Shown here: positions 54,707-64,000 of the stretch, in pieces
Layout: each line of letters begins with the position of its first letter
Position numbering within the stretch: the stretch's first letter is position 1
From: Opitutales bacterium
Lineage (GTDB): Bacteria > Verrucomicrobiota > Verrucomicrobiia > Opitutales > PNEW01
Assembly (NCBI GenBank): GCA_965197745.1
Contig: CBDANS010000007.1
Coordinates: 1,376,001 to 1,440,000 of the forward strand
Direction: 5' to 3'
DNA length: 64,000 nucleotides
The notes under the pieces: model-generated
Database searches by the model: none
What the model was told of the DNA's origin: nothing
The model's input: only the letters and a program-made list of their open reading frames with translations
Position numbers and translations under genes: made by a program

Positions 54707-56269
54707 ATGAATTCAGTTAACTATTATATAGGCTTGCTTACCTGTTTGGGAATTGTGGGGATAGCATTTAACCCCGTTTTAACGATGGCTGAAGACTGGC
54801 CTATGTGGGGGCGCGATCCGAGCCGTAACATGGTCTCAATGGAAAACAACCTTCCCGAGACATTTGACCTGGGTGAAACGATAGAGGGAAGCGAAGAAAT
54901 AGACTTGGCAACAGCACAAAACATTCAATGGGTCGCCAAATTGGGATCTCAAAGTTACGGTAACCCATCGGTTTCTGACGGTCGTGTCTATATTGGGACC
55001 AATAATGAAGTGCCGCGTGATGCCGACAATATCGGCGATCGCGGGATACTTATGAGTTTTGATGAAGAAACAGGAGGGTTCCTCTGGCAGCTTATTGTCC
55101 CCAAACTTGGCGCCGGTAAAGTCAGTGATTGGGAATACATCGGGATCTGTTCATCTCCCGCGGTCATCGATAATTTTGCCTATGTGGTGACTAACCGGGG
55201 TGAAGTTTTGTGTTTGGATGTGAATGGCATGGAAAATGGGAATGATGGGCCGTTTAAAAATGAAGGGGAATATATGGCGGTCGCTGGAAAACCACCGGTG
55301 GAAGTTAAAGACAGTCATGCGGACATCATGTGGCGCTTTAACATGCGCGACGAGCTCGGTGTATTCCCACACAATATAACCAGTTGCTCCCCTTTGATGA
55401 TAGACAGCTATGTTTACTCGTCGACGTCAAATGGAGTTGATTGGTCACACACGAATATACCCGCTCCGTTTGCACCCAGTTTTGTCGTCCTGGATAAGCG
55501 CAATGGATCATTGCGCGGTGAGGAGAATTCGGGCATAAGTGCCAGGGCTCTGCATGCTTGTTGGACATCTCCGACTTACGGTGAGGTTGATGGTAAAGGG
55601 ATGATAATATGGGGTGGGTCCGATGGATGGTGTTACGGCTATGACCCCGTCCCCATAAAAAATGATGATGATTTCTTTGAGTTAAATGAACTCTGGCGCT
55701 TCGATTGTAATTCACCGCAATATCGATATAAAGATGACAAGCCATTAAGGTATGCCACCTCGAAAGGGCCCAGTGAAATAATTGCCACTCCGGTATTTTA
55801 TAAAAACCGCGCTTATATTGCCATTGGCCAGGATCCCGAACATGGGGATGGCGTAGGTCAATTAAGTTGCATTGATGTCAGCAAGCGAGGGGATATTAGT
55901 GAAACGGGTGCAATTTGGGTCTACCAGGATATTGGCAGAACAATATCAACAGTCTCCATTAAGGATGACTTGCTTTATATTGCTGAATATGCCGGTAAAA
56001 TCCACTGTCTCGACGCGGATACGGGAAAACCTTACTGGATATACGATACCCAAAGCCGCATCTGGGGCTCAACACTCGTAGCTGATGGTAAAGTATATAT
56101 CGGCAATGAAGATGGAGATCTGGTCATCTTAAAGGCGGGAAAAACGATGGGATTGATTAATAAAGTAAATTTTGGTTCTCCTATTTACAGCAGTCCCATC
56201 GTCGCCAATGGAACCTTGTATGTGGCAAGCCAAACCCATCTCTTTGCCATCAGTAAATCAGCGCCATGA
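54707..56269 (+). CDS. Secreted PQQ-like beta-propeller protein
   Basis: Signal peptide, DWPMWGRDPSRNM, IHCLDADTGKPYW, IYSSPIVANGTLYV. Confidence 0.9.
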   Translation: MNSVNYYIGLLTCLGIVGIAFNPVLTMAEDWPMWGRDPSRNMVSMENNLPETFDLGETIEGSEEIDLATAQNIQWVAKLGSQSYGNPSVSDGRVYIGTNNEVPRDADNIGDRGILMSFDEETGGFLWQLIVPKLGAGKVSDWEYIGICSSPAVIDNFAYVVTNRGEVLCLDVNGMENGNDGPFKNEGEYMAVAGKPPVEVKDSHADIMWRFNMRDELGVFPHNITSCSPLMIDSYVYSSTSNGVDWSHTNIPAPFAPSFVVLDKRNGSLRGEENSGISARALHACWTSPTYGEVDGKGMIIWGGSDGWCYGYDPVPIKNDDDFFELNELWRFDCNSPQYRYKDDKPLRYATSKGPSEIIATPVFYKNRAYIAIGQDPEHGDGVGQLSCIDVSKRGDISETGAIWVYQDIGRTISTVSIKDDLLYIAEYAGKIHCLDADTGKPYWIYDTQSRIWGSTLVADGKVYIGNEDGDLVILKAGKTMGLINKVNFGSPIYSSPIVANGTLYVASQTHLFAISKSAP

Positions 56270-56526
56270 ATAAAAGCTCTTCCCCTCTTAAATATATCAT
56301 TTATGCCTATCTCGGCATTCTTTTCATTTTGCATCAGGACTTCTGGTTGTGGGATGACGGAAGCTTAGCATTGGGTTTTATCCCTGCGGGACTTATTTAT
56401 CATATCGGTTATTCAATAATGGCAACCCTGGGCTGGATCCTGGTCATAAAGTATGCCTGGCCCACTGAATTGGAAAATATTTCAGAGCAGCCTGCAGATT
56501 CTGCCTCCTCAACGACGGAAGCTTGA
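56266..56526 (+). CDS. DUF3311-like small membrane partner of the SSS transporter
   Basis: LHQDFWLWD...LGFIPAGLIYH, two TM; overlaps both neighbours by 4 nt. Confidence 0.8.
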   Translation: MNKSSSPLKYIIYAYLGILFILHQDFWLWDDGSLALGFIPAGLIYHIGYSIMATLGWILVIKYAWPTELENISEQPADSASSTTEA

Positions 56527-58022
56527 TGACCCCATTAATTATTATCTCCGGTTATCTTTGTTTGCTTTTTGTCTTAGGACAGATCAGCGGTAAATTCTTT
56601 CGGGGTACGCCCAGTGATTTTTTTGTTGCCAGTCGGTCGATTGGGTCCTTCCTGCTCCTCATGTCGGTCTTTGGCACGACGATGACGGCCTTTGCCATGG
56701 TAGGCAGCACGGGTGAAGCATACCGGGTGGGCATCGGGACTTATGGCAAGATGGCATCCTGGTCTGGCCTGATACATTCCGCCTGTTTTTTCTTTATTGG
56801 AATACGATTATGGTCATTCGGGAAACGTTACGGTTATAACACACAAATTCAGTTTTTTCGAGATCGATTTGAGAGTAATGCAATCGGCATACTTTTATTT
56901 CCAATCCTCGTGTGTCTTGTCATCCCCTATCTCCTAATCGGTTTACTCGGCGCAGGGAGTCTTGTCCGTGGGGTTACCGCCGGCGCATTTCCCGAGTTGT
57001 TTGCCGAGACAAGAGGGGGGATTCCACCCGCGATAACCGCGGGCATAATTTCCATTGTTGTCCTTACCTATGTTTTGCGGGGAGGGGTGCGCAGCGCTGC
57101 CTGGGCTAATACATTTCAAACTATAGTATTTATGATCATGGGCCTCGTTGCTTTTTTTATTATTTCTTCAAAACTGGGAGGGCCTTCATCTGCCAGCCAG
57201 ATGGCTAATCCCGAGAGGATGATACGTGGTGAATCTATTCCCCCTATGCAGTTTTTTACGTACTGTTTTATTCCCCTTTCAGTAGCCATGTTTCCCCATC
57301 TCTTTCAGCATTGGCTCACCGCGAAATCGGCCCGGACTTTCCGTTTAACCCTGGTCGCTCATCCCCTTTTTATCATGATTACCTGGGTCCCCTGTATCCT
57401 CATTGGGGTATGGGCGTCAGGAGCCATCATCGACGGTGTAAAAGTGATCACTGAAGGCACTAACCCCAATGCGGTCCTGGGCATTATGGTCGGTAAACTG
57501 ACAAATCCCGTTATCGCCGGTCTCGTCTCATCCGGGGTGCTGGCCGCGATCATGTCTTCACTTGATTCGCAATTTGTCTGTTTGGGAACCATGTTTACAG
57601 AAGACATCGTCCTACATCACTTCCGTCGTTACCGGTTGTCGGAGAAACAGGTTTTATGGATGGCCCGAGGATTTATAATCCTCATTGTTCTTATAACCTA
57701 CCTTTTGTCACTTGCTAATCCGGTGCAGATTTTCTCGCTCGGGGTCTGGTGCTTCAGTGGGTTTGGTGCGCTTTTCCCCCTTGTGTTTGCGGCTATCTAC
57801 TGGAAAAGGGTAACGTGCGCGGGAGCGATCGGCTCCATCATCTGTGCAGCATTGACCTGGTTCTATTTATTTCACAAATCGGATTACGGTCTCAATCGCG
57901 GTTATCTTATCGGTGATGCCATGCCAGTCGTTTTTATTTTTTTAGCCTGCCTCATCCCACTTGTGCTCATTTCTCTTCTAAGCAAACCTCCCTCTAAGGA
58001 AACACTGAATAAATTCTTTTAG
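56523..58022 (+). CDS. Sodium:solute symporter (PanF/MctP-like)
   Basis: DFFVASRSIG, GGVRSAAWANTFQ, MFPHLFQ, AAIMSSLDSQ. Confidence 0.93.
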   Translation: MMTPLIIISGYLCLLFVLGQISGKFFRGTPSDFFVASRSIGSFLLLMSVFGTTMTAFAMVGSTGEAYRVGIGTYGKMASWSGLIHSACFFFIGIRLWSFGKRYGYNTQIQFFRDRFESNAIGILLFPILVCLVIPYLLIGLLGAGSLVRGVTAGAFPELFAETRGGIPPAITAGIISIVVLTYVLRGGVRSAAWANTFQTIVFMIMGLVAFFIISSKLGGPSSASQMANPERMIRGESIPPMQFFTYCFIPLSVAMFPHLFQHWLTAKSARTFRLTLVAHPLFIMITWVPCILIGVWASGAIIDGVKVITEGTNPNAVLGIMVGKLTNPVIAGLVSSGVLAAIMSSLDSQFVCLGTMFTEDIVLHHFRRYRLSEKQVLWMARGFIILIVLITYLLSLANPVQIFSLGVWCFSGFGALFPLVFAAIYWKRVTCAGAIGSIICAALTWFYLFHKSDYGLNRGYLIGDAMPVVFIFLACLIPLVLISLLSKPPSKETLNKFF

Positions 58023-58091
58023 GGCAAACGTAACGTTTTCTTCATACCTGTCAGGTTTCCAGAACTTATCTGTTATGAATAAACGATAGAG

Positions 58092-58397
58092 GGTGGAGCG
58101 GTCTGTCTCAGCACGCTTCTTTTTTAATAATAAGAAAACACGCGGTAGGGACACCGCGTTCCACCAAGATATTGTTAGTAAATACTGGAGGGACGCGCTC
58201 CGTCGCGTCCGTTAACATCTTTTACAATAAGAAAAATAAATGATTCTCATATTATAGCGGACGCAACGGAGTGCGTCCCTCCAACCTTCGACTTTCGATA
58301 TTTGATTTTTCCTCCATGATGATCTGTGAATTGCTAATTTTCCTGTTTCACTCTAATTTCACGATTGCAGGACGCTGGATTTCCTCAGCACGCTTCT
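58092..58397. repeat. Cluster of REP-like palindromes (two inverted pairs plus one degenerate copy)
   Basis: 58092-58119 with 58139-58165 (GGTGGA family); 58186-58212 with 58257-58283 (TGGAGGG family); CTCAGCACGCTTC again near 58385-58397. Confidence 0.85.
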
Positions 58398-58486
58398 TTT
58401 TATTATATTAACATTATGCACGACAGGCGCTTCCTACCCGTGTAAGCATTGGTAAAAGATCCTTTAATTTGCTATCATTACCTGAG

Positions 58487-59560
58487 ATGAGTTTAGAACC
58501 ATTAGTCGAAAATGCAGCCAGCCAACTGGACGCTTATGTGCGCGACATGGTGCAATGGCATTTTTCACCCGAGAGCGGTTCTCCATTCTGGCTTGATTGG
58601 TCGAGTAAGGCGGGGTGGAACCCCGGACAGGAAATTAAATCTTTTGCCGACCTCATGCGTTTTCCCCATTTCGATGATGAATGGTTGCGCGACGAGCCTA
58701 ATGAACGGTGGATTCCGAAAGCTAACGAGGGCAAACCTTTTATGATATTCGAAACAGGAGGCACAACGGGAATGCCAAAACAGCGAATAAGTTGGGAGGA
58801 CCATCTCACTGATTATGCCGATTTCTCAGCCGGTCTCGATGAGAGGGGATTTCCGCGTGGCGGTAATTGGCTAATGTTGGGACCAACGGGTCCTCGAAGA
58901 TTAAGAATCTCCATCGAATATCTGGCTAACCTCAGAGGGGGCTCCTGTTATTTTGCTGATCTGGATTCACGCTGGGTAAAAAAACTAATTGCTTCTAAGG
59001 ATTTTAAAGAGGCCAACAAGTATAAAGATCACGTTGTGCAGCAAGGGTTGGAATTGCTTAAGAATCGCAAGATTGCCTGCCTTTTTACTACCCCAAAAAT
59101 ACTTGAAGCACTGGGGGAAGAGGTTTCCCTGCCCGATGTCGGTATAAAAGGCGTGTTTTGCGGCGGGACGACTATGACTCCTCAAACCGTGCGCTTTCTG
59201 GTGGAGGAAGTTTTAGAAAATCGTGTCGCATTCGTTCCCACCTATGGTAACACCCTTATGGGATTAGCACGCAGTCGCCCTCTTAGACCTGAAGACAATT
59301 TCAGTATTACTTATTACGCGCCCCAACCGCGCGCCGTTCTTCGTATTGTCGATAAAGACGACACGGCAAAGACCGTCGACTATAATGATTACGGGCGCGT
59401 TGAACTGACTACGCTGACGCATGAGTTTTTCATGCCACGTTTTCTAGAGCGAGATGAAGCGATTCGCCGCCCGCCCTGCGAAGAATTCGCCTGGGATGGG
59501 GTCGGTGATGTCCGACCTTACGGAGCCCTGGACACCCAGATTGTAGAAGGCGTTTATTAG
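58487..59560 (+). CDS. EhpF/GriC-like short adenylate-forming enzyme
   Basis: WHFSPESGSPFWL, P-loop ETGGTTGMPK, GPTGP, DLDSRWVK, ERDEAIR, C-terminal IVEGVY; motifs recalled from EhpF. Confidence 0.8.
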   Translation: MSLEPLVENAASQLDAYVRDMVQWHFSPESGSPFWLDWSSKAGWNPGQEIKSFADLMRFPHFDDEWLRDEPNERWIPKANEGKPFMIFETGGTTGMPKQRISWEDHLTDYADFSAGLDERGFPRGGNWLMLGPTGPRRLRISIEYLANLRGGSCYFADLDSRWVKKLIASKDFKEANKYKDHVVQQGLELLKNRKIACLFTTPKILEALGEEVSLPDVGIKGVFCGGTTMTPQTVRFLVEEVLENRVAFVPTYGNTLMGLARSRPLRPEDNFSITYYAPQPRAVLRIVDKDDTAKTVDYNDYGRVELTTLTHEFFMPRFLERDEAIRRPPCEEFAWDGVGDVRPYGALDTQIVEGVY

Positions 59561-59570
59561 ATTTAATGCT

Positions 59571-61019
59571 GTGCTTGGAGAGATGAAGGATACACCACAT
59601 TTGAACGCTTTACGTCTGGGGGTTCCATATAAAAGTCTGGATACGATGGAGCTTGTTGACAATAGAAACAGCAAAATACTCGCCAGCATAAGCCAGGTGA
59701 ATTCTGGTTTAATAAGGCGTGATTTGCGCAAGGTAAGCTCCGCCCGAGAAACATTCTCCCAGGTAAAAGCACAAGATCTGCTCCAGCAATTTACTAAAGC
59801 GGGAGAGCTTTTTATAACCGCGAATTTAAAAGTAGATTCTGATGACTTTGCTCAGAGTCCGGAGGAATACATCAATGCGCTTTCGGGCAGTACCGGGCTT
59901 CCGCAAACGCTCTGCCGGTCAAACATGAAAAAAATTCATTACGTTTTGACGCATATGGAGATGATACTGCACGGGTTGAGCCGGGGGTTAACCCCTGATA
60001 TTTTAGATAGTAGCCTCGGCAATTACGGGGGAATAGAAATGTGCTTTTATCCGGTGACCGACTGTCTGGGTGTTGTCCTGCCAAGCAATTCTCCGGGTGT
60101 AAATTCGCTCTGGCTTCCAGCCATCGCGATGAAGATACCAGTCATTATAAAACCGGGGCGCGAAGACCCCTGGACACCGTTGCGCATTATTCAGGCTTTA
60201 TATTCTGCGGGGATTCCCCGTGAAGCGATCAGTTTTTATCCCACAGATCATGAAGGGGCAGATACCATTCTTGAACAGTGCGGCCGGGGCATGATTTTTG
60301 GCGGAGCCAATGTTAATCGCTATGAAAGCGATTCACGCATTCAGATACATGGCGCTGGTCGAAGTAAAGTTCTCATCGGCAATGACTGTGTCGATCAATG
60401 GGAAAGTTTTTTGGATGTAATATTAGAATCGATAACAACAAACAGCGGACGCAGCTGCATTAATGCTTCAACGATTGTTACGCCCAGGCATGGCGATGCC
60501 ATTGCTGAAGAGCTGGCCAGGTGCGTTGCCGGAATTCAGCCAAAAGCACTGGATGACGGGGATGCTCAACTGGCGGGTTTTGCCAATTCAAAAATGGCAG
60601 AAGTGATTGATAAGACCATTGAAAGCGGTCTGAAAGCAACAGGTGCGGAAGACATTACAGGTCGATTGCGTCGGGATCCAAGAAAAATTGAATTTGGAGG
60701 GCAGATCTATCTTTTACCGACTATTGTTAAATGTGAAAGTTTTGAACACCCCCTCGCAAATAGTGAATTCATGTTCCCTTTTGCCAGTGTTGTGCAGATT
60801 CCACAGAAACATATGGAATCAGAAATTGGTCATTCTCTAGTAGTCACCGCAATAACAAAGGACCAGAACTGGATTAAAGACTTAATAAAATCTCCACACA
60901 TAGATCGTCTGAATATCGGGACTGTGCCAACCACTCTGGTGCATTGGGATCAGCCGCATGAAGGCAATCTTTTTGACTTTCTCTACCATCGACGAGCGAT
61001 TCAACGTGTACAGGCATAG
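59571..61019 (+). CDS. Aldehyde dehydrogenase-fold protein (GriD/EhpG-like reductase)
   Basis: LPSNSPG, IIKPG, catalytic Cys in GRSCINAS, EFMFP; the usual ELGGK is replaced by HGAGRSK. Confidence 0.8.
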   Translation: MLGEMKDTPHLNALRLGVPYKSLDTMELVDNRNSKILASISQVNSGLIRRDLRKVSSARETFSQVKAQDLLQQFTKAGELFITANLKVDSDDFAQSPEEYINALSGSTGLPQTLCRSNMKKIHYVLTHMEMILHGLSRGLTPDILDSSLGNYGGIEMCFYPVTDCLGVVLPSNSPGVNSLWLPAIAMKIPVIIKPGREDPWTPLRIIQALYSAGIPREAISFYPTDHEGADTILEQCGRGMIFGGANVNRYESDSRIQIHGAGRSKVLIGNDCVDQWESFLDVILESITTNSGRSCINASTIVTPRHGDAIAEELARCVAGIQPKALDDGDAQLAGFANSKMAEVIDKTIESGLKATGAEDITGRLRRDPRKIEFGGQIYLLPTIVKCESFEHPLANSEFMFPFASVVQIPQKHMESEIGHSLVVTAITKDQNWIKDLIKSPHIDRLNIGTVPTTLVHWDQPHEGNLFDFLYHRRAIQRVQA

Positions 61020-61025
61020 AAAAAT

Positions 61026-62192
61026 ATGATCGGATTTGAAGCAAAGTCAGCACCTGGAATAGTGTATGGAATCGACTCCGTGGATAAGATTGGACCCTGG
61101 GTTAATTCGCTTGGAGCAAGCAAAGTATTACTTGTTACTGATCCGGGTATCGTGTCCGTTGGCCATTTGGATCGCGTTACAAAAAGGATCAGGCATGCCG
61201 GATTAGACTTTTGCGCGTATACCGATGTCACTGAAAATCCTACGACTAAGGTGGTTTCTCAGTGTGCGGAGACAGCAAGGGCAGCCAATGTGGATCTGAT
61301 CATTGGACTGGGCGGTGGCAGCAGTCTTGATACCGCTAAGGGTTGCAACATGCTTTTATCTAACGGGGGACAAATTCAGGATTACAAAGGTTACGGGAAA
61401 GTTGCGAATCCCATGCTGCCCTTTATTGCCATTCCCACGACAACCGGCACCGGTAGTGAAAGTCAGTCCTACGCTTTGATTTGTGATGAAAACACACATG
61501 AAAAATTGGCCTGTGGCGATCCTAAGGCGATTGCGGCGATTGCGATCCTCGATCCGAGCCTGGCTAAAACCCAACCGCCAATTGTCACCGCCTGTTCGGG
61601 TGTAGATGCGATGGCGCATGCCATCGAGTCTATGGTTTCGCTCAATTACAACGAGCTGTCATCGCTTTATTCGCGCGAAGCATTCCGAATTGTCAATTCA
61701 AATCTGGAAAAGGTACTCTTTTCAACGCCGGAAATCGAAGCGTATGGAGCGATGCTCCTGGGGGCTTCCTATGCGGGTCTTGCTATCGAAAACAGCATGC
61801 TCGGATGCGCGCATGCGGCAGCTAATCCACTGACAGCACGATTTAACATCGTCCATGGCCACGCCGTAGGTTTGATGCTGCCGCATGTCATGCGTTTCAA
61901 TGCTGAGGACGCGGTAGCCCGGGATATTTATGCCGGTTTAGCCATTGACGCAGGAATAGCGGATCAAGGTGTATCACAGGACCAGGCCTGCGAACGACTG
62001 ATCGAGCGAGTGGTAGCTATCCTTGAACGGTCTGTCCTCTCAACATCGCTTTCGGAGTGCCATGTATCACACGAAGAAATTTCACCCCTTGCCGTTGAGG
62101 CATCTAAACAATGGACCGCTTTATTTAATCCACGCCCGATGACGGTTGAGGATTTTATAAAATTATATGAAGCCGCTTATTCATCTGCATAA
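61026..62192 (+). CDS. Iron-containing alcohol dehydrogenase
   Basis: LLVTDPG, GGGSSLDTAK, IPTTTGTGSE, DAMAHAIE, GCAH, HGHAV. Confidence 0.95.
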   Translation: MIGFEAKSAPGIVYGIDSVDKIGPWVNSLGASKVLLVTDPGIVSVGHLDRVTKRIRHAGLDFCAYTDVTENPTTKVVSQCAETARAANVDLIIGLGGGSSLDTAKGCNMLLSNGGQIQDYKGYGKVANPMLPFIAIPTTTGTGSESQSYALICDENTHEKLACGDPKAIAAIAILDPSLAKTQPPIVTACSGVDAMAHAIESMVSLNYNELSSLYSREAFRIVNSNLEKVLFSTPEIEAYGAMLLGASYAGLAIENSMLGCAHAAANPLTARFNIVHGHAVGLMLPHVMRFNAEDAVARDIYAGLAIDAGIADQGVSQDQACERLIERVVAILERSVLSTSLSECHVSHEEISPLAVEASKQWTALFNPRPMTVEDFIKLYEAAYSSA

Positions 62193-62236
62193 TTTCATTT
62201 GAGTGAATTCATCATGTATATTTCTGCCTGGGAAAG

Positions 62237-63439
62237 ATGATCCGAAATTTCAGTTTTAAATTGTGCCTCTTAGTCCTCTTCGTAAGACCGGGAAGCGGTC
62301 ATTGGCTGTGCGCCGGGGATAACGAATTTAATACGGCAGCGACGGAAGATGAGGTAAAAATAGTGAGCAGTAATCTCTCTCACGCCTCAGAATGGAGTAT
62401 GCATCGTGGCAGTCCACAGCTTCAGGGTCTGGCTCGAGGCAGGATATCAGAAAATCCTGCACTCCGATGGTCATTTGATACCGGTGATTCTATAAAGTCC
62501 TCCGCCGCGATCGTGGGGAACCGGATATTTATTGGTTCAGACTCTGGAAAGGTACATGCTCTGGATCTCGATTCAGGTCATGAGATTTGGTCATACGCAA
62601 CTGAAGGACCAATCGAGGCGACGCCTTGTGTCGTTAACGAAACCGTATTTACCGGATCTTCTGATTCTTTTCTTTATGCTCTTGATATAAATACCGGTAA
62701 ATTAAAGTGGAAGTATCAGACCGGGGACAAGATCATGGGTGGCGCTAATTGGGCGTTGAATCCCATGGGTGATAATGTCTGGATACTTTTTGGAAGTTAT
62801 GACGGCGCATTACACTGCGTGGATGCCGAATCTGGCGCGTTGATCTGGAAGCATCAAACGGAGTACTTTGTCAATGGCACACCGGCTATTTTAGAAGAGA
62901 GTAAAGTTGTATTTGGCGGATGCGATTCCCACATATATATACTCCGGCTTGAAGATGGAACGGAACTGAAGAGAATAGAATCGGGCGCTTATATCGCATC
63001 CTCGATTGCCATTTTTGACGAACGCGGATTTGTGGGACACTATAACAATGATGTCCTCTCATTTGATTTGAAAGCGGGATCAATTCTCTGGACTTACAGT
63101 GATAATAACTATCCTTATTTCTCCTCAGCAGCCGTCACTGCTGAATATGTTGTAATCGGCAGTCGTGATAAACGATTGCATTGCATTAACCGAAATTCCG
63201 GTAAAGGAGAATGGCAATTTCAGACCCTTGGGCCAATAGACAGTTCTCCTGTTGTCTGTGATAATAAAATTATATTTGGTTCACGCGACGGGCACCTCTA
63301 TATATTAAATCTTAAAACCGGAAAAGAGGCATGGTCTTACGACATAGGCGCGCCGGTGACCTCTTCCCCGGCAATGGGTGACGGTAAAATTGTCATAGGC
63401 TCGGAAGATGGCTCAGTCTATATGTTTGACGCTGGCTAA
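62237..63439 (+). CDS. Secreted PQQ-like (BamB-type) beta-propeller protein
   Basis: WSMHRG, regular blades IKSSAAI..FIGS..G.VHALD..SG..IW. Confidence 0.9.
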   Translation: MIRNFSFKLCLLVLFVRPGSGHWLCAGDNEFNTAATEDEVKIVSSNLSHASEWSMHRGSPQLQGLARGRISENPALRWSFDTGDSIKSSAAIVGNRIFIGSDSGKVHALDLDSGHEIWSYATEGPIEATPCVVNETVFTGSSDSFLYALDINTGKLKWKYQTGDKIMGGANWALNPMGDNVWILFGSYDGALHCVDAESGALIWKHQTEYFVNGTPAILEESKVVFGGCDSHIYILRLEDGTELKRIESGAYIASSIAIFDERGFVGHYNNDVLSFDLKAGSILWTYSDNNYPYFSSAAVTAEYVVIGSRDKRLHCINRNSGKGEWQFQTLGPIDSSPVVCDNKIIFGSRDGHLYILNLKTGKEAWSYDIGAPVTSSPAMGDGKIVIGSEDGSVYMFDAG

Positions 63440-63460
63440 CTAATAAAACATTTTAATATT

Positions 63461-64000
63461 ATGGACTTAGAAGCCATTGAGAAACTTCCAGCGACAGAGA
63501 AAGAAGAAACCACCGCAGGTAATTACTTTGTGGCTAACTACCCGCCTTTTTCTTTTTGGAACACGGAAGATATAAAACAGGTTCACCGCATTATCGATAG
63601 GGAATCGCCGGCCGACGTGCCCTTGGGTATCTATTACCATATTCCCTTCTGCCGGAAACGCTGCCACTTTTGCTACTTTCGAGTATACACCGACAAGAAT
63701 GCAGCTCAGATAGCGGAATACCTCGATGCTACATTAAAAGAGTTACAGGCTTATACTGAAAAACCTTACATCCAGTCGCGAAAACCGAAATTCATTTACT
63801 TTGGTGGTGGCACCCCCTCTTATCTGTCAGCGAAGCAACTTACCAATCTAACGGACAGTATGAAGACACTGCTTCCCTGGGATGAGGTAGAAGAGGTGAC
63901 CTTTGAATGTGAACCCGGCACCTTAAGTGAAAAGAAACTCGAAGTCATAAAAAATCTGGGGACCACACGGCTGAGCCTGGGAATTGAAAATTTTGATGAT
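63461..64000 (+). CDS. HemN/HemW-like radical SAM protein, 5' part; runs off the window end
   Basis: Not in the ORF track; hand translation MDLEAIEK...GNYFVANYPPF...YYHIPFCRKRCHFCYF (CxxxCxxC)...IYFGGGTPS...FECEPG...TRLSLGIENFDD. Confidence 0.93.
   Translation, partial: MDLEAIEKLPATEKEETTAGNYFVANYPPFSFWNTEDIKQVHRIIDRESPADVPLGIYYHIPFCRKRCHFCYFRVYTDKNAAQIAEYLDATLKELQAYTEKPYIQSRKPKFIYFGGGTPSYLSAKQLTNLTDSMKTLLPWDEVEEVTFECEPGTLSEKKLEVIKNLGTTRLSLGIENFDD

Noticed and set aside
58092..58397. Repeat cluster as a CRISPR array
   Set aside because: Repeats are inverted, of two types and irregularly spaced; no cas genes in the window

Overview
Bacterial chromosomal window of moderate GC. The gene content suggests a Verrucomicrobia/PVC organism (inference: PEP-CTERM beta-strand-repeat protein, many secreted PQQ-like propellers, compact GltX). 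The first 30 kb is mostly housekeeping (pnp, rpsO, sppA, xerC-like, sucCD, uvrB, fabV, exbBD-like, leuCD, gltX, hpf) plus envelope glycosylation genes. Two features stand out. (1) A complete IS110-family element (about 30279-31529). Its non-coding left end contains a bridge-RNA-like structure whose four guide segments match its own target and donor junctions, and a second empty target lies 230 bp away. (2) A co-oriented cluster from 51.2 kb to the window end with four secreted PQQ-like beta-propellers, a DUF3311/SSS transporter, an EhpF/GriC-like adenylating enzyme paired with a GriD-like reductase, an Fe-alcohol dehydrogenase and a HemN-like radical SAM enzyme. This looks like an uncharacterised carboxylate-reducing pathway. 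Also present: tRNA-Arg(ACG), ovoA, a doubly frameshifted PEP-CTERM surface protein, a stop-interrupted sulfotransferase and two REP-like palindrome families. All assignments come from motif recognition by eye; no database searches or folding programs were run.
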